Source of the DNA: Arenicellales bacterium
Lineage (GTDB): Bacteria > Pseudomonadota > Gammaproteobacteria > Arenicellales > JAJDZL01
Length of the DNA: 64,000 nucleotides
Direction: 5' to 3'
Assembly (NCBI GenBank): GCA_965116205.1
Contig: OZ220493.1
Location: forward strand, 2,485,072-2,549,071
The notes beneath the pieces were generated by a model that saw only the letters and a program-made list of their open reading frames with translations, did no database searches and was not told the origin of the DNA. Position numbers and translations under genes: made by a program. Positions 36,964-45,305 of this stretch are shown piece after piece; the stretch's first letter is position 1, and each line of letters begins with the position of its first letter.

Positions 36964-38547
36964 ATGCCAATGACCCGTCGTAAACTTCCGATCGGCACTG
37001 CCGCCTTCCGAAACATTCGAAGCCGAGGTTTCTATTATGTGGACAAGACACCACACATATGGAAACTAGTTGACGAAAGTGAATACTACTTTTTGTCCCG
37101 TCCGCGGCGGTTCGGCAAGTCGTTGCTGGTTTCCACATTAAAAGAACTGTTTGAGGGTAATGAGGTGCTGTTCCGTGGCCTCTACATCCACGACCGTTGG
37201 GACTGGGAGGTCAAACATCCGGTAGTGCGGTTGAGTTTTGGTGGCCGATTCAGCAAGTCGGGAAATCTCGACAGTAGCATCGTCAGTCAACTGGCAGACA
37301 TTGAAGAATTTGCCGGCATTGAACCGCCACCTGTGGCTCAAGCTGGACCAGATCGTCTGCGGAGACTCGTTCGACGATTGTATCGAAGCACCGGTCAGCA
37401 GGTAGTAATTCTGGTAGATGAATATGATCGTCCCATTCTGGATGTCATTGAGAACGAAGCGATGTCCCTTGAGAACCGAGACGGTCTACAGGGCTTGTAT
37501 AGCATCATCAAGGACTGTGCCGAGCAGCTGCGTTTCGTGTTCGTCACCGGGGTGAGCATGTTTTCCAAGGTCAGTCTGTTTTCGGGACTCAACAATCTTG
37601 AAGATATCAGTCTGGATCCTCAGTATGCCACCATCTGTGGCTATACGGATGACGACATCGACACGGTATTCGTCCCGGAACTGGAGGGGCTGGACCGGAG
37701 CAAGGTTCGTCAGTGGTACAACGGTTACAACTGGCGGGGCGAGAACGAGGACCGGGATAAGGTCTACAATCCGTACGACATTCTGTTGCTGTTCAAAAAG
37801 AAAAAGTTCGAATCTTACTGGTACAAGACCGGCACTCCGAAGTTCTTATTCCGGAAACTGCTGCAGTCAGAGACCAGTCTACATGAACTGGAACGGTGCA
37901 TCATCACCGAGCACGAGGTGTCGAAGTTGGATGTGGGTGAAGTGGGTCTGGAGGCACTGTTATTTCAAACCGGTTATCTGACCATCGTGTCAGAGGAACA
38001 GGTGGGTTTTAAAACCCTGTACACCTTGGACTATCCCAATGACGAGGTGCGCCAGAGTCTGAGCGATGGTCTGCTGGGGCACTTGGGACAGTCCGGGGGT
38101 GAGTCGACTGAATGGGGTCTGAAACTGTGTGAACTGCTCCGGTGCAATCAGTTTGATAAATTTGCCGAACACCTGCACTCCCATCTGTCGGGCATTCCGT
38201 ATCATTGGCGTAACAGCATCGCGCTGGCACGTTTTGAGGCGTGGTATGCGGGTCTGACGTATATGCTTTTCCAGGCAGTCGGTGTGGAGGTCAGGGCGGA
38301 AGAGGCATCCAGTCGGGGGCGTTCGGATCTGGTGATTCTGTATGGTGAACAGGTATTCGTGCTGGAGTTGAAGGTGGCGACGCGCGAAGGGCAAGTGGAG
38401 AAGAAGTTGAATCAGGCGCTGGTGCAGATACGCAAGCGCGGTGATGCGGACAAGTATCGACACCGGGAGAAGCCGATCCACCATCTGGCCGTGGTGTTCG
38501 GTTGGAAAGAACTGAATCGGGTAGCGATTAGAACAGAAAAAGCCTGA
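36964..38547 (+). CDS. AAA-ATPase-like protein with C-terminal PD-(D/E)XK nuclease domain (DUF1703-type), copy B
   Basis: FYYVDKT...YYFLSRPRRFGKSLLVSTLKELF N-terminus and GRSDLVIL...VFVLELK C-terminus. It is visibly more GC-rich than copy A. Confidence 0.8.
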   Translation: MPMTRRKLPIGTAAFRNIRSRGFYYVDKTPHIWKLVDESEYYFLSRPRRFGKSLLVSTLKELFEGNEVLFRGLYIHDRWDWEVKHPVVRLSFGGRFSKSGNLDSSIVSQLADIEEFAGIEPPPVAQAGPDRLRRLVRRLYRSTGQQVVILVDEYDRPILDVIENEAMSLENRDGLQGLYSIIKDCAEQLRFVFVTGVSMFSKVSLFSGLNNLEDISLDPQYATICGYTDDDIDTVFVPELEGLDRSKVRQWYNGYNWRGENEDRDKVYNPYDILLLFKKKKFESYWYKTGTPKFLFRKLLQSETSLHELERCIITEHEVSKLDVGEVGLEALLFQTGYLTIVSEEQVGFKTLYTLDYPNDEVRQSLSDGLLGHLGQSGGESTEWGLKLCELLRCNQFDKFAEHLHSHLSGIPYHWRNSIALARFEAWYAGLTYMLFQAVGVEVRAEEASSRGRSDLVILYGEQVFVLELKVATREGQVEKKLNQALVQIRKRGDADKYRHREKPIHHLAVVFGWKELNRVAIRTEKA

Positions 38548-38701
38548 ATCTTTCAAATGGTGTGGTCAAGAAAGGATTCAAGGAGTATCTCATTTTCCCA
38601 CTACAGAAGTATTTTTAATACCTGTCTACTAGACTTCTGCATTTACCTGTTGCAGAATACTCTTCAGCAAACAAATGTTGGACAGTATTTTTTGGAGCTG
38701 A

Positions 38702-40555
38702 TCAATCAATTTGAGGTTCATGATTAATGCAGTCTTTCAAAGTGGTGAAAATATCGCTGAAGTTAAGGAAGTCTTCTTTTGCACCATTTTTACACAGCCA
38801 ATCGCAGAGATTTCTTTTTTCATCTTTGTTTACTGCCCAAGTTTCTTTAATTTGTTTTTCCTCTCCTCTTTCTATCATAGGATGTTTCGGAGTGATATCA
38901 AAAAATTTCGAATTTTGTTCTTTGGCTTTTTCTAATGTTTCACAATTGAACAAATTTTCAATTCCTTTCACAATTGGGTTTTCATTGAAGTGAGGCATTT
39001 TCCGCTTGTAAATATTTTTATCATAACCATCGGTAAATTTGCTTTCTGGATCATGCAAAACAACAATAATCTGTTTAGCAGTCATAGAGATGTATTTACG
39101 ATTATTCCAAACTTTGTCGAGGGTACCTTTACCATTTGCCACCTGCACTTTATACTTTTCAAGGATATTTCTTTTATCAAGCAAATTCGCTGCGCACTTC
39201 AAGTAATCTTGGTCTATATCTCCTTCGACAAAAAGAATTGGACAGAGTGATTTCTCCGCTTCTGTTCTGACCCGACTTAAGAATTCATTAGTCTTTTCCA
39301 GCGCACTAAATGCCTGCCCAATTTCAGAAAACTGTTCTGGATTGATACGAGAACCATCTGGGAAATTATAAACCTCGAAACCTTCAATTCCGCACTCATT
39401 AACCATTCCGAGAACAAATGATGGTGAGTGCGTGGTCAAGATGAACTGGACCTTGGGAAACATGTGAATTAGGTTCGGAAGTATATGGTATTGATGATGG
39501 GAATGAAGGTGCAGGTCCACTTCATCAACAACTACAAGCCCTGATACGTCATCGGTAGAATTAAAAGTCACATTACGGCTTTCTCGTAAATCAAAATCTC
39601 TGAGTATGGATAGAAATAGTGTCAATAGTGTTATCTCGCCACTCGACAATTGGAAGAGATTAGGAACTATCTGATCGTTATCCGACATCAACGATATTCT
39701 ACGGTCGTGTCTTCCACCAATACCAAATCGAAATTTTCTCTTTGTGACAAGTGTCGACATGACAGCCTGCAAGACGGCTAATGCTGATTCGTATATATTG
39801 GTGGCAACACCCTGATATCCAAGAAATAAAGGTAATGCTATTGATTTATTTTCATCAATATTTTGTTTCATTTGGAAAGTGTTGAGTTCAAAAGCCATCT
39901 TGTCGAATACAACATCATACAACCAATCATGAATATTCTGAAGTGGTGAATAAGTAATTACCTGACGTGGAGTTTCACCATTGAAATGCAGGGTCTCCGT
40001 GTAACGAGGTTTTGCACGTAGATTATCTTTATTCAACCATGCGGGTTCCTCTCCACGGTTTGCAGGGAAATAGAGCAGGCAGTTGGCTGATACTAAGTTT
40101 GTTAATTCTTCGAGACGTGATGAATCATTGAAGTTGGAATCGAAATAGTCCATGTCGTTGTTGCTAAATGTCGCTTCCCAAACATCAAAATCATAGCCTT
40201 TTAGTCCGATTGGTGGCTGTTTATACATATACTTGGGTTGTTTCAGGCGAATTTCCCGTGTGTAAAACTCCGATTGGAAATCACATTGGGCACAATAATA
40301 TTCAGCGTCGTTAGATATATAGGAATTACTGCGTAATTTAAATACTCTCTCGTTATCCAATTCACGGGATTCTTGATAAACTGAATCCTTAGCCAAAACC
40401 ATGCCATTTACTATGTGAGAAAGAGCTAGAGTTTTCCCAGACCCGTTCTTTCCGACAAATAAAACAGGTTTGGGGCATTCATTCTCGAAAGGAAATTCAA
40501 TTTTCAGGTTTTGGAGCACTCCATAATTCTTGATTTGAAGTCGTTCTAAATACAT
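38702..40555 (-). CDS. ABC/SMC-type ATPase with C-terminal Toprim-like domain (OLD-family / fused PARIS-like candidate)
   Basis: Walker A GKNGSGKT, signature-like LSSGEITLL, Walker B LVVVDEVDLHLH and H-loop TTHSP. The C-terminal ILFVEGDIDQDYL resembles the Toprim/DUF4435 acidic motif. The gene is very AT-rich. Confidence 0.55.
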   Translation of the reverse strand: MYLERLQIKNYGVLQNLKIEFPFENECPKPVLFVGKNGSGKTLALSHIVNGMVLAKDSVYQESRELDNERVFKLRSNSYISNDAEYYCAQCDFQSEFYTREIRLKQPKYMYKQPPIGLKGYDFDVWEATFSNNDMDYFDSNFNDSSRLEELTNLVSANCLLYFPANRGEEPAWLNKDNLRAKPRYTETLHFNGETPRQVITYSPLQNIHDWLYDVVFDKMAFELNTFQMKQNIDENKSIALPLFLGYQGVATNIYESALAVLQAVMSTLVTKRKFRFGIGGRHDRRISLMSDNDQIVPNLFQLSSGEITLLTLFLSILRDFDLRESRNVTFNSTDDVSGLVVVDEVDLHLHSHHQYHILPNLIHMFPKVQFILTTHSPSFVLGMVNECGIEGFEVYNFPDGSRINPEQFSEIGQAFSALEKTNEFLSRVRTEAEKSLCPILFVEGDIDQDYLKCAANLLDKRNILEKYKVQVANGKGTLDKVWNNRKYISMTAKQIIVVLHDPESKFTDGYDKNIYKRKMPHFNENPIVKGIENLFNCETLEKAKEQNSKFFDITPKHPMIERGEEKQIKETWAVNKDEKRNLCDWLCKNGAKEDFLNFSDIFTTLKDCINHEPQID

Positions 40556-40749
40556 GTAACCAAATTCTCTAGATTTTTAGATTATCGTTATTGCTTTATT
40601 GAGCATCTTGGTGGCTACGGAATGTACTTACTTTGTCAAAACGGGTGCTTTCTACTGACATCATCCACTTCAAAGATGACCACGTTACGACTCTCATTCT
40701 TTCCTTTCAAGAGTATCTTATCAATAGAAGACTAAGTAATTGAATTTCT

Positions 40750-43416
40750 TTATGTGGTCAATGGGTCTGGCTTTTCCGGATCAATGTCTAGTTTTTGTAT
40801 GGCCTGCTTCACTTTATTGGCAGCTATCTTCCCCTCCTCCTTTAGAGCATGTAAGGCCGTTGCTACGATGTGATTTCGATTGACTTCGAAGAATTGACGC
40901 AGATTGGCTCGCGTGTCAGATCGCCCAAATCCATCCGTGCCCAGAACATGGTAGTTTCTCGGCACGAATCCGCGAATCTGATCGGCATAAACCTGCATGT
41001 AATCGGTAACCGCAATGACGGGTCCGACTGTATCTTCCAAGCACTTCTCAACATAACTTTTGCGCCGCGTAGCAGTGGGATGCAGACGATTCCAGCGACT
41101 GGCGGAGTGTCCCTCACGGGCCAGTTCATTGAAACTCGTCGCGCTCCATACATCGGCCGCTACGGCATATTCTGATTCAAGAATACCTGCCGCCACAATC
41201 ACTTCCCGCAGAATGGTACCACTACCCAATAGCTGTACGCGAAGTTTCCGTTTCGAAGGGGACTTCTGAAGCAGATACAGACCCTGCAAAATTCCTTCTT
41301 CGACACCCTTGAGCATGGGTGGATGAGCATAGTTTTCATTCATACAGGTAATGTAGTAGTAGATTGCTTCATCCTGTTGGTACATACGCCGCAGACCATC
41401 GTGAATGATGACCGCCAGCTCATAAATGAAAGTTGGGTCGTACGCAACACAGGTCGGAATCGTGGACGCCAGTACGTGGCTGTGCCCATCCTGGTGTTGT
41501 AGTCCTTCACCCGCAAGCGTGGTTCGACCAGCGGTGCCACCGATCAGAAAACCACGTGCCAAGATATCCGCCGCGGCCCAAGTCAAGTCTCCAACTCGTT
41601 GAAAACCAAACATGGAGTAGAAGATATAAAATGGAATCATACGAATACCGTGATTGCTACCCGCAGTGCCAGCCGCAATCCAAGAGCAGACCGCCCCGGC
41701 TTCATTAATACCTTCCTGCAATACCTGTCCTTCTTTGGATTCTCGATAAAACATGAGTTGATCTGAATCTTCAGGTTGATATAGTTGCCCAAATGGGGAG
41801 TAGATTCCCAATTGCCGAAACATGCCTTCCATGCCAAAGGTACGACTTTCATCAGGAACAATTGGTACGATATTGCGGCCGATTGCCTTGTCTCGAATGA
41901 GCGCTGTCAGGATTCTGACAAAACCCATCGTTGTCGAAACTTCGCGGCCATCGGTGCCTTTGAGTTGTGCCGCAAAAATATCAAGATCTGGAATTTTGAG
42001 TGTACCGGGAATCTTTCGTCGTGCCGGCAGAGCACCCCCTAGTTTCTGGCGCTGTTTCAGCAGATATTGAATTTCCGGACTGTCTTCGGGTGGTCGATAA
42101 AATGGTGCCGAGGCCACTTCCTCATCAGTCAGTGGGATTCTGAAGCGGTCACGAAACGAGATCAGTGCCTCTTCGCCGATTTTTTTCTGTTGATGAGTGA
42201 TGTTCTGCCCTTCACCGGCTTCTCCCATGCCGTAGCCTTTCACCGTTTTGGCTAAAATGACGGTAGGTTGATCGGTGTGTTTTACCGCGGCTGCGTAAGC
42301 CGCATAGATTTTGTGTGGGTCGTGGCCCCCTCGATTCAACCGCCAAATATCCTCATCCGTCATGTTCGAAACCATTTCACGCAGCTCATCATACTTGCCA
42401 AAAAAGTGTTCTCGAGTGTAGGCGCCGCCTTTGGCTTTGAATGCCTGGTACTCACCATCCACAGCTTCTTCCATCCGCCGTTTCAACAGTCCTTTCGTGT
42501 CGCGCATCAATAGAGGGTCCCAGTAAGAACCCCAAATCAGTTTAATCACATTCCAACCGGCGCCACGGAACTCGCCTTCCAGTTCTTGGATGATTTTGCC
42601 GTTACCTCGAACTGGACCGTCTAGGCGCTGTAAGTTGCAGTTCACGACAAAAATCAGATTGTCCAATTTTTCCCGCCCGGCGAGCGATAGGGCTCCCATG
42701 GATTCCGGTTCGTCCATTTCACCATCCCCCACAAAGACCCACACTTTACGATTGGAAGTGTCACAGAAACCACGGTTATGTAAATATTTCATAAACCGGG
42801 CCTGATAGATCGCCATGATGGGTCCCAGTCCCATAGAAACGGTGGGAAATTGCCAAAACTCCGGTTTGAGTCGAGGATGGGGATAGGAGGGCAGGCCATT
42901 ACCATCCGTTTCACGTCTGAAATTATCCAGGTCATTTTCGCTTAGACGCCCTTCCAGAAACGCCCGTGCGTAAACTCCCGGCGCTGAGTGTCCCTGAAAG
43001 AAGATCAGGTCACCGCCATGGGATTCACTCGCCACGTGCCAGAAGTGATGAAATCCAACATCGTATAGGGTGGCTGACGAGGCAAAACTAGCGATATGTC
43101 CGCCTAGTTCACTGGAAGTGCGATTGGCTCGTACCACCATCGCTAGGGCGTTCCAGCGAATCAGTGAACGGATGCGCCACTCAAGGGCGTGGTCACCGTT
43201 ACTTCTTTCTTCCTGAGTCAGACCAATGGTATTCAGATACGCAGTAGTGGGGCGATGAGGGATATGAACACCGGAGCGGCGCGCACTATCAATCAGTTTT
43301 TCAATGAGAAAGTGAGCCCGCTCATGGCCTTCTCGTTCAATGACACTGGCAAGGGCATCAAGCCACTCTTCCGTCTCGAACGGATCAACATCGCGTAAAG
43401 TCTTATCATCAGGCAT
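40750..43416 (-). CDS. aceE: Pyruvate dehydrogenase E1 component (homodimeric type)
   Basis: 888 aa and collinear with AceE (DPFETEEWLDAL..., GHIASF, GDGEMDEPES ThDP motif). Confidence 0.93.
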   Translation of the reverse strand: MPDDKTLRDVDPFETEEWLDALASVIEREGHERAHFLIEKLIDSARRSGVHIPHRPTTAYLNTIGLTQEERSNGDHALEWRIRSLIRWNALAMVVRANRTSSELGGHIASFASSATLYDVGFHHFWHVASESHGGDLIFFQGHSAPGVYARAFLEGRLSENDLDNFRRETDGNGLPSYPHPRLKPEFWQFPTVSMGLGPIMAIYQARFMKYLHNRGFCDTSNRKVWVFVGDGEMDEPESMGALSLAGREKLDNLIFVVNCNLQRLDGPVRGNGKIIQELEGEFRGAGWNVIKLIWGSYWDPLLMRDTKGLLKRRMEEAVDGEYQAFKAKGGAYTREHFFGKYDELREMVSNMTDEDIWRLNRGGHDPHKIYAAYAAAVKHTDQPTVILAKTVKGYGMGEAGEGQNITHQQKKIGEEALISFRDRFRIPLTDEEVASAPFYRPPEDSPEIQYLLKQRQKLGGALPARRKIPGTLKIPDLDIFAAQLKGTDGREVSTTMGFVRILTALIRDKAIGRNIVPIVPDESRTFGMEGMFRQLGIYSPFGQLYQPEDSDQLMFYRESKEGQVLQEGINEAGAVCSWIAAGTAGSNHGIRMIPFYIFYSMFGFQRVGDLTWAAADILARGFLIGGTAGRTTLAGEGLQHQDGHSHVLASTIPTCVAYDPTFIYELAVIIHDGLRRMYQQDEAIYYYITCMNENYAHPPMLKGVEEGILQGLYLLQKSPSKRKLRVQLLGSGTILREVIVAAGILESEYAVAADVWSATSFNELAREGHSASRWNRLHPTATRRKSYVEKCLEDTVGPVIAVTDYMQVYADQIRGFVPRNYHVLGTDGFGRSDTRANLRQFFEVNRNHIVATALHALKEEGKIAANKVKQAIQKLDIDPEKPDPLTT

Positions 43417-43765
43417 GATTGTACGAAATATGAAGTGATCAAATATCTTAATGTTATATGAGAAACCGCACCATGACGATGCTGTTTTTTAATGTTAAAT
43501 AACGAAACGGGTGATTCTAGGCCATGACTTTCCAATGGTGACCATATAACTGAAACTCGGCGATCAGTACAATGCTGTAACGCTCCGCTAATTTCTGTAC
43601 CGTTTTGGTCCAGTTCACTCAAACGTCAACGTTTCTTGCGATCCAAATTTTACTGGAGCGAAGTAACTATGGCATGCATTTCAGTTTATACTGATGACCT
43701 GTGCTACCGGAATGTAAGTTGCCGGAGAAAATAACCGAAAACAGATCTGATGGAGTGGTCAATTC

Positions 43766-45058
43766 ATGTTGAGTGAACAGGCGCGACAGAGTCTGCAACA
43801 ATTTGTGGATCGTTCTGACAAGGAATACGCGCTGTACTTCGTCGGCCGGCATGACGTCATTGCCGGAATTGAGAAAACGGTCGAGCAAATGCAACAGTTG
43901 ATTGCCGGTCGGAATGTCACTGAGCTAATCGAATCCGCGGCCATCCTGTCGGATCAGCGCACCTGGCTGGTGCAGGGGGCACCGGGAGCCGGTAAGACGG
44001 CTTTACAGAGTCATCTGCGACAGATGTGGGAAAAGCGACCAGATGGACCGATTACCATCGGTTTGGCACCCGGTGAACTGGAAGACGAGACTGCACTTGA
44101 GCAAAAGATCGCATACATCATTAGGAAGCAGTATGAAGTTCCGGCGGATCGATTCTGGAAAGCTGCATTGGCAAGCGCATTGAAGTCACTGGGCAGCAGT
44201 TTAGGGTTCAAGATGCGGCAAACCAAACGGCGAGGCACGCTCATAAATCTGTGGCAGTTGTTCGACCATGGTTGGTTCAATTTCATTCTAGAACGTCTGC
44301 CTGCAAAATTCAATGCCAAGCCACGACAACTGCGTCCGATCGTTTTTATGATTGATGAGATACAGAGTCTACAACCGCCGAGTGAAAAGCTGTTAATGCA
44401 ATTACATCTTGGCCAGACTGGATTGCCGATTGTTATGGTGCTGGCTGGTCTCGCCTGGTCGGAGTCGCGTCTATCCAAAGCGGGGATCTCCAGATTCAGC
44501 CACGGACACGTGCAGACGCTGGCGCCGCTGACCAAAGCGGAGGCGGCCGAGGCGGTGCATCGCCTGCTGCAGGAGCATGACATCGAAGGATACCAAGACG
44601 CTGACATTGTCGTAAAGATCGCGGTGTGGTCGAATGGTTGGCCACAACATCTACACAACTACATGCGTGCGCTGGCGGCGGAGCTGCTGCGTACGGACGG
44701 GGACTTACCTCAAGTCGACGAAGTCAGAGTTCACGAGATGGGTGATGCAGATAGAAAAGATTACTATACGAGACGATTGAACCATTCCAAAATCAGTGTT
44801 TGTAAAAATCTGCTAGCCGATGTCGCTGAAATGATTGGCGAACATGGAGTCGATGAATCGGAGCTGCTGTATCTGCTTCGTGATCGATCTTGGGATAAAC
44901 GCAGCTATCCGACAGATACCATGCCTCAAAGCATGAAACCGCAGGAATTTATTGATGAAATGATCAAAAATGGCATGACCCACAAGGTAGACAGTTACAT
45001 TACCATACCAATTCCGTCATTCCGCCAGCATCTGGTTGATAGACGATTGAACCGCTGA
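43766..45058 (+). CDS. STAND/AAA_16-like NTPase with C-terminal winged-helix-like region, copy B
   Basis: YFVGRHD, Walker A QGAPGAGKTALQ, Walker B VFMIDEIQ, SNGWPQHL, and C-terminal ITIPIPSFRQHLVDR. It is collinear with ORF 13716-15038. Confidence 0.65.
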   Translation: MLSEQARQSLQQFVDRSDKEYALYFVGRHDVIAGIEKTVEQMQQLIAGRNVTELIESAAILSDQRTWLVQGAPGAGKTALQSHLRQMWEKRPDGPITIGLAPGELEDETALEQKIAYIIRKQYEVPADRFWKAALASALKSLGSSLGFKMRQTKRRGTLINLWQLFDHGWFNFILERLPAKFNAKPRQLRPIVFMIDEIQSLQPPSEKLLMQLHLGQTGLPIVMVLAGLAWSESRLSKAGISRFSHGHVQTLAPLTKAEAAEAVHRLLQEHDIEGYQDADIVVKIAVWSNGWPQHLHNYMRALAAELLRTDGDLPQVDEVRVHEMGDADRKDYYTRRLNHSKISVCKNLLADVAEMIGEHGVDESELLYLLRDRSWDKRSYPTDTMPQSMKPQEFIDEMIKNGMTHKVDSYITIPIPSFRQHLVDRRLNR

Positions 45059-45305
45059 ATCGGGTGCATCAGGGGTTCCGGCTGGTCTACTACCAACAGA
45101 TGGTCGCTGAACCAGACTTGGATTGTTTGTAGATGATGCAAAAATAGACAGTCGCATCAGCTATCCTGACTTTAAACAAGATCATCAAGGAAAAATCTGA
45201 CTCGTCGTGTAGAAAACCCCATTTAGTCCAACAGACGATTGGGGTGAACAAGTCAGCGGGTCTGAATTTACCGTGACTCCTTGATTCACTGTTGGTAAGT
45301 TCGTT

